From a virus, in the IMG/VR virus record IMGVR_UViG_3300021963_000105, positions 5,310 through 69,309 of that record: a DNA stretch of 64,000 bases; one strand, written 5' to 3'. Below the pieces are notes generated by a model. That model saw only the letters and a program-made list of their open reading frames with translations, did not search any database and was not told where the DNA came from. Positions 36,561 to 46,433 of the stretch are shown piece by piece (within the stretch, counting starts at the first letter, position 1; every line of letters begins with the position of its first letter). The translations under genes and the position numbers were made by a program.

Positions 36561-39500
36561 TTAATTCATATTTAATCCGGTCACAAATCCATAATAAGAT
36601 GTGCCACCATCAAATGTGTAAAATACTAATATATCTTCACCAGATGAAGTTAAGATTGGTGGTGTACCACCTACCCAATTCACACCACTCCAAGCCAATG
36701 AATATGCTCCTGCGTTTACTGCTAATAATGTAAATCCAAATGCTTTTCCAGCAGGTGCATTTGAGAATGATATTGAACCATTTCCAGTGAAAGTTCTCTT
36801 AAAGTTGTTTGCAGTTGATAAATCAATTGATGCACCACTACCACTACCCAAATCAGAATATGTTTCTCTGAAAGTTGTTGATGTTGTAAATCCAGTTGTA
36901 GATAAACTAGTAGATAGATTTACACCATTTGTTGCAATTATATTTAATGATGTTGGTGAAGTCAAATTAGGAGTTCCACCAGTATAAATGTTAAATGCTG
37001 ATGCGGATACAGGTCCAGTTGCCTGAATTACTCCAGTTACTGTCAATGTACTACCATCAAAAGTTAAATTACTTTCAACCGCTGCGTTTGGTGCTGCTCC
37101 ATTTAGGGTAATTAAACCATTATCAGTTGTTCCAGTCAATGTTAATAAACCAGACGAACCAGAAGTACCAGCTCCAGAAGTTCCAGAAGTTCCAGATGTT
37201 CCAGAAGTACCCGAAGAACCAAAATTTGTACCATCCAAACCAGAAGTTCCAGACGTTCCAGACGTTCCATCCGTACCAATAGCACCAGATGTACCCGATG
37301 TTCCTGAAGTTCCAGCTTCTCCAGATGTTCCCGAAGAACCAAAATATGTACCATCTAAACCAGATGTACCAGAAGAACCAGAAGTTCCATCCGTACCAGT
37401 TGAACCAGATGTTCCAGAAGTTCCTGATGTACCCGATGTACCACTACTACCAAATAAAGTTCCATCTAAACCAGATGTTCCCGATGTTCCAGATGAACCA
37501 GACGTTCCAGCAAATCCAGATGTACCAGATGTTCCACTTTCTCCACTTGTACCAGATGTACCACTACTACCAAAGAACGTACCATCTAAACCAGATGTTC
37601 CGCTTATTCCGCTTGTTCCAGAAGTACCAGATGTTCCAGCTCCAGAAGTTCCCGATGTACCATCGAAACCAGAAGTACCCGATGAACCAAAGAATGTACC
37701 ATCTACTCCACTTGTTCCAGAAGTTCCACTTGTTCCCGATGTACCAGCACCAGAAGTTCCCGATGTACCATCAAAACCAGATGTACCACTACTACCAAAA
37801 TATGTCCCATCTAAACCAGATGTACCGCTTGTACCAGAAGTACCCGATGTACCAGAAGTTCCAGATGTACCATCGCTTCCAGAAGTACCGCTTGTTCCAG
37901 ACGAACCAAAATATGTTCCATCTAAACCAGATGTACCAGATGTTCCGTTTGTTCCAGTTGAACCAGAACTACCCGATGAACCAGATGTTCCAGATGTACC
38001 AGAAGTTCCACTACTACCAAAATATGTTCCGTCTAAACCAGATGTTCCGCTTGTACCAGATGAACCCGATGTTCCATCTAATCCAGATGTTCCAGATGTA
38101 CCATCACTTCCGCTTGTACCAGAAGTTCCACTACTTCCGAAGTATGTACCATCTTTTCCGGATGTTCCACTTTCTCCACTTGTGCCAGACGTACCATCAA
38201 TACCACTTGTACCAGAAGTACCGCTTGTTCCAGAAGTACCCGATGTACCACTACTTCCAAAGAAAGTTCCGTCTATACCACTTGTTCCAGATGTTCCATC
38301 TGCACCAGCTACTCCACTACTTCCACTAACACCACTACTACCACTTGCACCAGAAGTTCCATCTATACCAGATGTTCCACTTGTCCCAGATGTACCAGAT
38401 GAACCAAAGTAAGTACCATCTAAACCACTTGTGCCAGATGTACCAGATGTTCCCGAAGTTCCATCAGTTCCACTTGTTCCGGAAGTTCCAGATGTGCCAC
38501 TTGTCCCAGATGTACCATCAGTACCAACTCCGCTTGTACCAGAACTACCCGATGTTCCGCTTGTTCCAGAAGTACCAGAAGTACCATCGCTTCCAGAAGT
38601 ACCGCTTGTTCCAGATGTACCAGATGAACCTTCAGCTGATGTACCAGATGAACCAGCTGTTCCAGATGTACCATCCGAACCATTTGTACCATCTAAACCA
38701 GATGTACCACTTGTTCCATCACTTCCAGATGTTCCGCTTGTTCCAGAAGTACCGCTTGTGCCCGAAGTTCCAGAAGTTCCATCAGTACCAGATGTTCCAG
38801 AAGTTCCGTCCGTACCAGATGTTCCGCTTGTACCATCAATTCCAGATGTTCCGCTTGTACCAGAAGTACCTTCAGAACCATCAGTTCCAGAAGTACCGCT
38901 TGTGCCCGAAGTTCCATCAGTTCCAGAAGTACCGCTTGTTCCGCTTGTACCAGAAGTTCCAGAAGTACCTGTTGTACCACTTGTACCGCTTGTACCCGAT
39001 GTACCAGACGTTCCATCAGTTCCAGATGTACCGCTTGTTCCAGAAGTACCAGATGTACCATCCGAACCTGTTGTACCACTACTACCACTTGTACCGCTTG
39101 TACCAGAAGTTCCATCAGTTCCAGAAGTACCACTTGTACCAGATGTACCAGATGTACCGCTTGTTCCAGAAGTTCCACTACTACCACTTGAACCAGAAGT
39201 ACCATTAGTTCCAGATGTACCGCTTGTACCAGATGTTCCAGAAGTACCAGATGAACCTGTTGTACCGCTTGAACCGGTTGTACCAGAAGTACCAGATGTT
39301 CCAGAAGTACCAGATGAACCGGAAGTACCAGCTAAACCAGCCGTACCAGATGAACCAGATGAACCAGATGTACCAGAAGTACCAGAAGTACCAGAAGTAC
39401 CATCCAAACCGCTTGTACCAGATGTTCCATCTGCTCCAGATGTACCAGCAGAACCCCCACTACCAGCTGAACCAGATGTTCCGCTTGTTCCAGAAGTACC

Positions 39501-42500
39501 AGAAGTTCCAGAACTACCGCTTGTTCCATCTATACCACTTGAACCAGAAGTTCCACTTGAACCAGTTGTACCAGAGGTTCCAGAAGTTCCAGAAGTACCA
39601 CCGCTACCAGCAGTTCCAGTTGAACCAGCTGAACCAGAAGTTCCAGATGTACCAGATGTTGCGGATGTTCCAGAAGTTCCAGATGTACCACTTGTACCGG
39701 CACTACCTCTAGTACCACTACTTCCCGATGTTCCCGATGTCCCACCACTACCGCTTGTTCCAGAAGTACCAGAAGTACCAGAAGTACCAGATGTACCGCT
39801 TGAACCAGAAGTTCCAGATGTACCATCCGTACCAGTAGAACCAGATGAACCCGAAGTACCACCACTACCAGATGAACCACTTGAACCAGATGAGCCGCTT
39901 GAACCAGATGAACCGCTTGAACCAGATGAACCCGATGAGCCTGAAGTACCAGATGTACCATCAATTCCAGATGTTCCAGATGTACCAGAAGTACCGCTTG
40001 TTCCATCTATACCACTTGTTCCAGATGTACCAGATGTTCCCGATGTTCCAGAAGTACCAGAAGTACCATCTGAACCAGTTGTACCAGAAGTACCTGATGT
40101 ACCAGATGTACCAGACGTACCTGCTGCCTGTTGAACATCTCTTGTTTCTAATTTTTTGGTAGTTGGGTCCCAAGTTACAACTAATTGAGAGTTTGAACCT
40201 GTGTAAAATTCAGCTACTAATACACTACCAGTAATATCTAAACTACCAGTTATTACCAAACTACCACTAAATCTCTGATTTCCTTTGTTTAGTAAGAATG
40301 AACCAGTATCAATACTTTGTGCATTTAGTGCGTATTGTGCAATTGATGCAAATGATGATGAGTAAACATACATTGATGCAGTTTGCTCATTTTTAATAAA
40401 TCCTTCCGCAGTTAATGCTCCACCTAATACATAAGATGCAGTTAATGCATATGATGCGGAAACTGCTAATGAAGCAGTGCCAACTAACATTGATGCAGTT
40501 TGTGCGTTTTGTACAAAGTTTGCCGTATCTACATTTGATGCGTTTTGCGCAAATAATGCGTAAGAAGCAGTTCTAGCATACGATGCACTTAATACGGTCA
40601 TCGATGCAGTTTGTGAATTCAGTACAAATTGTCCAGCATTTGCAGATGCAGATACTAATGCTTCTAAAGATGCTGTATTTAATCCCAATACACTACCAGC
40701 TATTGTTGCGTAATTAGCAGTTATCGCATGTGATGAAGAAAGTACAGTTCCAATTACTCTATCAGCTTGGATTGTTCCATTTATTAACGAACCACCACTA
40801 CCAATTACGATATGTCCACTTGTCAATCCACTAAATGTTACTTGAACAGTGTTATTATCAATTGCTAAGATAGATGCTGGGAGAATCATTTCATCTTGCG
40901 AACCAGTTCCATACACCTGTACCATTGGGTATCTAATATCCAAATTATGTACAATTGTCACCGAACTTGCGTTACTAAATGGAACAGTCTCCGTTAATGA
41001 TGTTTCAGGTTGAGGAATATAATATCCTCTATTTGTATCGTATCTTAAAGTATTGTATTCAGCAGATGCTTCAATACCAGCTCCGTTGAATGTATATGTA
41101 CCATTAAACGAACCACTCCAATGTGGAGAATATGCAAAACTTGCAGTTAATTCAGGTGTTGTTATGAAATCAGAATAAGTTCTACCATATATACTTGCTG
41201 ATGTATTAACAACAAATCCTTTATCAGGTGAAATCGATGCAGTATATGAACCCGATTTCATTATAAATGTTTCAAATGATAGGTTTGCAATATTAATGTT
41301 ATTTAAACCACTACCATCTCCAACAAATCTACTACCACTTTGAACAATTATACTACCACTTTGAACAACAATTGAACCAGTTACATGCAATGAACCACTT
41401 TCTATTGAAGTATCGGTGTTTATTTCCAATCCTCTATTTGGAGATATGATAGCAGATACCGAACCAGATTGGATTCTATCTAATTTAAGGTCTTGTAAAG
41501 CGTTAGCAGGAATATTAAATAATCCACCACCATCTCCAGCAAAATATGATGCCGTTACAGTTACATTTACATTTAATTTTTGTGGGTCAATGATTGCTCT
41601 ACCAGACCCTGATTGAATTCTATCTAATTGTAGGTTTGTTAATGCTTCAGCAGGAATGTTAAATAATCCTCTACCATCTCCATAATAAAGTGATGCTGAA
41701 ATTGAACCACTTAATAATGTACTACCACTAACAATTAAACTACCAGAAGCATTTCCAGCCGTAATTGTCATTGGTACATTTGATACTAATCCTAAATTTG
41801 GAGAAATAGAAGCAGTTGCACTACCACTAGCAATACGAGGTGTATCACCAGAACGCTCTGCAATTACACCTGTCAATTGAGAACCATCTCCAAAATATGT
41901 AAATGCTCTTACCGAACCACTTACCACAACACTTCCACTAAATGTTGAACCACTTACTACCGATGTTACTAAGAATCCAGTATCAGGTGCTACCGAAGCA
42001 GTTACTGAACCACTTTGGATTCTTGGTGCAGCTGCTGCTTGAACATTTTGTAAATTAGAACCATCTCCGTAATATGTAAATGCAGCAACACTACCACTTA
42101 CAACAGTACTTCCACTTAAAATTATACCATATCCACTTACTTGCGAACCACTATAATCAGGAGATATTACTTTAAATCCATAATCAGGTGAAGTTGATGC
42201 TGTTACCGAACCACTACCAATTAAAGTTGCTACTAATGCATCAGGTGTTAATGCTGAACGAGGAATATCAAATAAACCAGCACCACTACCACTAAATACC
42301 GATGCGGTTACTACACCAACAACTCTAGTATCACCAACTAATTTTATTTCAGATGGAATGTATATAGCATCTACTACATTAATAGTACCAGCCATTGCTA
42401 CATCATTTTCGCTGTTGTAATAAAGAGTGTTTGGTGCATCTTCGGGAACAACTAATGTAATTGGAGTTCCAGATGATACTCCATTATTTGTTGCGTAATA

Positions 42501-45500
42501 ATTATATCCGTTTGAGTTACCAACTGCACTTGCGGTGTTAATCCAGAATGGGTGCCCAATTGCATTTATATTAAAAATATAATATCCACCTCTTACTACC
42601 GTCAAATTTGGATTTGAACCACTAGCTGCACCACTAAACCAATAAGCAGAACTTCCATCATTTATTACATCAAATGTATTTGGTAATTCATCTAATGGTG
42701 TAGGTCTAGCCGATGATGAAACTACAAAACTACCACTAATAGTAGTAAATGTATTTACAACCAATCCTTTATTTGGTGAAATAGATGCAGTTGCCGAACC
42801 ACTTGCTATTTGATTGGAAACCTGTGCGTCAAGGGTTAAAGCTGAACGAGGTATATCAAATAATCCAGCACCACTACCACTAAACATTGATGCTGATATT
42901 GAATATTCAAAAAATGCTGGTGCATTTACTAATAAACCAGTATTAGGTGCTACTGATGCGGTTACACTTCCACTAGCAATACGGAATACCTCACTTGCTA
43001 ATGCTGATTGTGGGATATCAAACAATCCTTTACCACTACCACTAAACATAGAAGCCGATACTGTATTGGTAAAGAATGCAGGTACATTTACATTAAATCC
43101 TTCAACAGGTGAAATAGATGCCGTAGCACTTCCACTAAATATTTTTGTTGAATCAATTGCTAAATTAGCTAATGTTATGTTGGAAAGATATCTACCATCT
43201 CCAACAAAATATGAAGAACTTGGTACAGTTATATTATTTTTTACAACCAAACTACCACTTACAACAGTATCACCTATAAATTTAATTGTAGGGTCAATTT
43301 GATATTTTTCTTTTATAATAATTTGCCCAGCCATTCCACTATGGAATTGGCAAATATAATATAAATTAGAAGGAGAACCAGTTGGGGGAGTAAATGTTAT
43401 TGTAGCGTTTGCAGCTCCATTATTTACTACACCTAAATCGTATGTATTTCCAGTTCCAGTTGTAGGTGCTGTTTTTATCCAAAATGGATGACCTGTTGCT
43501 GCAATATTAAATGTATATGGTACACCTTGATATAAAACTAAAGTTGGATTTGAACCACTAGCTGCTCCACTAAACCAATATGCAGATGCCCCATCATTTA
43601 TTACATTAAATGTAGTGTTTAATGAAGATGTTGATAATTCCCAACCAGATGATGATACTATTAAACTACCACTAATTGTTGATATTGAATTTACTACAAA
43701 TCCATCTATTGGGTCTACCGATGCTGTTACCGAACCAGTTGCGATTCTATATCCTTCTTTTGATAACGCAGATAATGGAATATTAAATAAACCCTCACCA
43801 CTACCAGTAAATGCCGATGCTGATACATTGTTTGTAAAGAATGCATCAACATTTACGTTAAACCCATAATCAGGTGAGATAGATGCAGTTGCCGAACCAC
43901 TAAATATCTTTGTTGAATCAATTGCTAAATTGGCAAGAGTAATATTAGAAAGATATCTACCATCTCCAACAAAGTATGAACCACTATTAATAGTTACACT
44001 ACCACTTATATCAACACTTCCACTTATTTTAGAACCTTTATCAACCGATTCTACAACAAATCCTCTATCAGGCAATGCTGATGCGGTTACTGAACCAGAT
44101 GCTATTCTAAATACTTCTTGAGATAATGCGGATAATGGTAAATCAAATAAACCTTTACCACTACCAGTAAACATCGATGCTGATACTGAATATTCAAAAT
44201 TAGCAAATGTATTAACTACAAATCCAGTATCAGGTGCAATTGATGCAGTTGCCGAACCACTTGCTATTTTATTTATTTGGAATGCAAGAGCTGATTGCGG
44301 GATATCAAATAAACCAGCACCACTACCAGAAAAAATACCAGAACCAGTTGGTATTACTATATTTCCACTAACAAATAAGCTACCACTAAATGTAGAACCA
44401 CTTGCTACGGAAGTAACTAATAATCCAGTATTAGGTGCCACCGAAGCAGTTACCGAACCCGATTTAATTTCGTTAGATATTAAAGCATCTAATGTTAATG
44501 CCGAACGAGGTATATCTTTTAATCCGGCTCCACTTCCACTAAAGAATGAACCAGTTTCAACTTGTATGTTACCACCACTTACAAATAAACTACCACTAAA
44601 AATAGAGCCATATTGAACTGATGTTACAACAAATCCAGCATCAGGACTTACCGAAGCAGTTACACTACCACTTGCTATTAAAGTTGCTGTTAATGCGGGT
44701 ATATTAAATAGTTGAGAACCATCTCCAATAAAGAAAGATGCAGATACACTACCACTTACAGCTACATTTCCAATAAATGTAGAACCACTTTCTGCCGATT
44801 TAACAACAAATCCAGTATTAGGTGCTACTGAAGCAGTTACTGAACCTGATTTGATTTCGGTTGATATTAATGCATCCGATGTTAATGCCGAACGAGGTAT
44901 ATCACTTAAACCAGCACCGCTACCACTAAAATACCCACTACCAGTTGGTATAGTTATATTTCCAACAACAGTAACACTTCCACTAAATGTAGAACCACTT
45001 TCAATTGATGTTACCAAAAACCCATTTTCAGGAGTTACAGATGCCGTTACACTAGCACTTGCTATTAAAGTTGATAGTAATGCATCCGGCGTTAAAGCTG
45101 AACGAGGTATGTCAAATAATCTAGCTCCACTACCACTATATGATGAACCTGAATTTATTTCAATTCCACCACTTACAAATAACGAACCAGTAAAATGAGA
45201 ACCACTTTCAGCCGATTGTACTACAAATCCCTTATTAGGACTTACAGAAGCAGTTACACTACCACTTGCAATTCGACTAGCATCACCAGATAAATTTGAA
45301 ATAGGTATATCAAATAATCCTCTACCACTACCACTAAACATTGAAGCAGATACAGGAAATTCAAACAAAGAAAATGTATTAACTACAAAACCAGTGTTTG
45401 GTGCAATTGATGCAGTTGCCGAACCACTTGCTATTCTACTTGCTACCAGCGATTCTACATTAAGTGCAGATAAAGGTATATTAAATAATCCCTCACCACT

Positions 45501-46367
45501 ACCGCTAAAATATCCACTTCCAGAAGGAATAACTATATTTCCACTTACAAATAAAGAACCAGTAAATGTAGAACCACTTGCAGCAGAAGTTACTAAAAAT
45601 CCAATATTTGGCGAAACAGACGCAGTTACACTACCGCTTGATATTAATGTTGCTAATGGTGCTTTTGGTAAATTAAATAAATTTGAGCCATCTCCATAAA
45701 AAGAACCAGTAAACGAACCACTAAATGATGAACCAGATACAATATTTGCTACTAATACATCTCTTATTCCAACACTACCAGTAAATTCTTGCTTATCAGT
45801 TGATTGGTCACCAAATATATTAGAACCAGATGAATAAATTATTGATGATGATATATACGATACTATAAGAGATTCCGCATATATTGATTCAGATACATAT
45901 AAATTACCTTGGATTGTTGTATCCGTATTTACAACTAATCCTAAATTTGGTGAAATTGATGCGGTTGCACTACCACTAGAAATACGAGGTGATGTTACAG
46001 ATGGTACATTTATTAATTGAGAACCATCTCCAGTAAATGAACCTGTAAATAAACCACCAAATAAACCACCAAATGAACCAGAAAGTACAGCAGTTCCTAA
46101 AAATGAACCACTAAATGAACCAGAAAGGTCAGCAATACCTTTAAATGAAGATGTTATTTCACTTAATACAATTTTTTGTGCAAATCCTCTATTACCATCA
46201 CTATCCGAAACTAAAATAGCCGGATTTGATTCTAAAGATGCCGAAAATGAAGGAACACCAAAGTTTGGTTCAACTTGGGATAAATCTACAAATTCGTATC
46301 TGTCTGATGTTACATTTTTAGGTCCTTTTAATCGAACTCTACCACTTAATAGATTGCTTATTGCCAT
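36561..46367 (-). CDS. Giant repetitive fibre protein (3268 aa)
   Basis: About 21 I.SGS.TAS..P..G repeats, two cupredoxin-like inserts, about 990 aa of GTS repeats and a compact C-terminal beta domain. Confidence 0.8.
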   Translation of the reverse strand: MAISNLLSGRVRLKGPKNVTSDRYEFVDLSQVEPNFGVPSFSASLESNPAILVSDSDGNRGFAQKIVLSEITSSFKGIADLSGSFSGSFLGTAVLSGSFGGLFGGLFTGSFTGDGSQLINVPSVTSPRISSGSATASISPNLGLVVNTDTTIQGNLYVSESIYAESLIVSYISSSIIYSSGSNIFGDQSTDKQEFTGSVGIRDVLVANIVSGSSFSGSFTGSFYGDGSNLFNLPKAPLATLISSGSVTASVSPNIGFLVTSAASGSTFTGSLFVSGNIVIPSGSGYFSGSGEGLFNIPLSALNVESLVASRIASGSATASIAPNTGFVVNTFSLFEFPVSASMFSGSGRGLFDIPISNLSGDASRIASGSVTASVSPNKGFVVQSAESGSHFTGSLFVSGGIEINSGSSYSGSGARLFDIPRSALTPDALLSTLIASASVTASVTPENGFLVTSIESGSTFSGSVTVVGNITIPTGSGYFSGSGAGLSDIPRSALTSDALISTEIKSGSVTASVAPNTGFVVKSAESGSTFIGNVAVSGSVSASFFIGDGSQLFNIPALTATLIASGSVTASVSPDAGFVVTSVQYGSIFSGSLFVSGGNIQVETGSFFSGSGAGLKDIPRSALTLDALISNEIKSGSVTASVAPNTGLLVTSVASGSTFSGSLFVSGNIVIPTGSGIFSGSGAGLFDIPQSALAFQINKIASGSATASIAPDTGFVVNTFANFEYSVSASMFTGSGKGLFDLPLSALSQEVFRIASGSVTASALPDRGFVVESVDKGSKISGSVDISGSVTINSGSYFVGDGRYLSNITLANLAIDSTKIFSGSATASISPDYGFNVNVDAFFTNNVSASAFTGSGEGLFNIPLSALSKEGYRIATGSVTASVDPIDGFVVNSISTISGSLIVSSSGWELSTSSLNTTFNVINDGASAYWFSGAASGSNPTLVLYQGVPYTFNIAATGHPFWIKTAPTTGTGNTYDLGVVNNGAANATITFTPPTGSPSNLYYICQFHSGMAGQIIIKEKYQIDPTIKFIGDTVVSGSLVVKNNITVPSSSYFVGDGRYLSNITLANLAIDSTKIFSGSATASISPVEGFNVNVPAFFTNTVSASMFSGSGKGLFDIPQSALASEVFRIASGSVTASVAPNTGLLVNAPAFFEYSISASMFSGSGAGLFDIPRSALTLDAQVSNQIASGSATASISPNKGLVVNTFTTISGSFVVSSSARPTPLDELPNTFDVINDGSSAYWFSGAASGSNPNLTVVRGGYYIFNINAIGHPFWINTASAVGNSNGYNYYATNNGVSSGTPITLVVPEDAPNTLYYNSENDVAMAGTINVVDAIYIPSEIKLVGDTRVVGVVTASVFSGSGAGLFDIPRSALTPDALVATLIGSGSVTASTSPDYGFKVISPDYSGSQVSGYGIILSGSTVVSGSVAAFTYYGDGSNLQNVQAAAAPRIQSGSVTASVAPDTGFLVTSVVSGSTFSGSVVVSGSVRAFTYFGDGSQLTGVIAERSGDTPRIASGSATASISPNLGLVSNVPMTITAGNASGSLIVSGSTLLSGSISASLYYGDGRGLFNIPAEALTNLQLDRIQSGSGRAIIDPQKLNVNVTVTASYFAGDGGGLFNIPANALQDLKLDRIQSGSVSAIISPNRGLEINTDTSIESGSLHVTGSIVVQSGSIIVQSGSRFVGDGSGLNNINIANLSFETFIMKSGSYTASISPDKGFVVNTSASIYGRTYSDFITTPELTASFAYSPHWSGSFNGTYTFNGAGIEASAEYNTLRYDTNRGYYIPQPETSLTETVPFSNASSVTIVHNLDIRYPMVQVYGTGSQDEMILPASILAIDNNTVQVTFSGLTSGHIVIGSGGSLINGTIQADRVIGTVLSSSHAITANYATIAGSVLGLNTASLEALVSASANAGQFVLNSQTASMTVLSASYARTASYALFAQNASNVDTANFVQNAQTASMLVGTASLAVSASYALTASYVLGGALTAEGFIKNEQTASMYVYSSSFASIAQYALNAQSIDTGSFLLNKGNQRFSGSLVITGSLDITGSVLVAEFYTGSNSQLVVTWDPTTKKLETRDVQQAAGTSGTSGTSGTSGTTGSDGTSGTSGTSGTSGTSGTSGIDGTSGTSGTSGTSGIDGTSGTSGSSGSSGSSGSSGSSGSSGSSGSSGSGGTSGSSGSTGTDGTSGTSGSSGTSGTSGTSGTSGTSGSGGTSGTSGSSGTRGSAGTSGTSGTSGTSATSGTSGTSGSAGSTGTAGSGGTSGTSGTSGTTGSSGTSGSSGIDGTSGSSGTSGTSGTSGTSGSAGSGGSAGTSGADGTSGTSGLDGTSGTSGTSGTSGSSGSSGTAGLAGTSGSSGTSGTSGTSGTTGSSGTTGSSGTSGTSGTSGTSGTNGTSGSSGSSGTSGTSGTSGTSGTSGTSGTDGTSGTSGTSGSSGTTGSDGTSGTSGTSGTSGTDGTSGTSGTSGTSGTTGTSGTSGTSGTSGTSGTDGTSGTSGTSGTDGSEGTSGTSGTSGIDGTSGTSGTDGTSGTSGTDGTSGTSGTSGTSGTSGTSGSDGTSGTSGLDGTNGSDGTSGTAGSSGTSAEGSSGTSGTSGTSGSDGTSGTSGTSGTSGSSGTSGVGTDGTSGTSGTSGTSGTSGTDGTSGTSGTSGTSGLDGTYFGSSGTSGTSGTSGIDGTSGASGSSGVSGSSGVAGADGTSGTSGIDGTFFGSSGTSGTSGTSGTSGTSGIDGTSGTSGESGTSGKDGTYFGSSGTSGTSGSDGTSGTSGLDGTSGSSGTSGTSGLDGTYFGSSGTSGTSGTSGSSGSSGSTGTNGTSGTSGLDGTYFGSSGTSGTSGSDGTSGTSGTSGTSGTSGTSGLDGTYFGSSGTSGFDGTSGTSGAGTSGTSGTSGTSGVDGTFFGSSGTSGFDGTSGTSGAGTSGTSGTSGISGTSGLDGTFFGSSGTSGTSGESGTSGTSGFAGTSGSSGTSGTSGLDGTLFGSSGTSGTSGTSGTSGSTGTDGTSGSSGTSGLDGTYFGSSGTSGEAGTSGTSGTSGAIGTDGTSGTSGTSGLDGTNFGSSGTSGTSGTSGTSGAGTSGSSGLLTLTGTTDNGLITLNGAAPNAAVESNLTFDGSTLTVTGVIQATGPVSASAFNIYTGGTPNLTSPTSLNIIATNGVNLSTSLSTTGFTTSTTFRETYSDLGSGSGASIDLSTANNFKRTFTGNGSISFSNAPAGKAFGFTLLAVNAGAYSLAWSGVNWVGGTPPILTSSGEDILVFYTFDGGTSYYGFVTGLNMN
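37149..40121 (-). repeat. About 990-codon Gly-X-Y (GTS/GSS/GxD) tract
   Basis: Continuous 9-bp periodic sequence with mixed synonymous codons. Confidence 0.95.
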
Positions 46368-46433
46368 TAGTACTTTCTAGCTTTGATATAAATATTCACA
46401 ATTACATATAAATATAATTGATTAATATTATCG

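Noticed and set aside
37149-40121. CRISPR array or DNA satellite
   Set aside because: There is no constant repeat with unique spacers. The repeat is at protein level, with variable synonymous codons, inside an open frame.
31868-40173. Long plus-strand ORFs (PEVPDVPLV..., MYQKYQ...) and alternative minus frames (VLLVQ...) over the GTS tracts
   Set aside because: They are antisense or off-frame shadows of the 9-bp periodic Gly-Thr-Ser codons, which lack stops in those frames.
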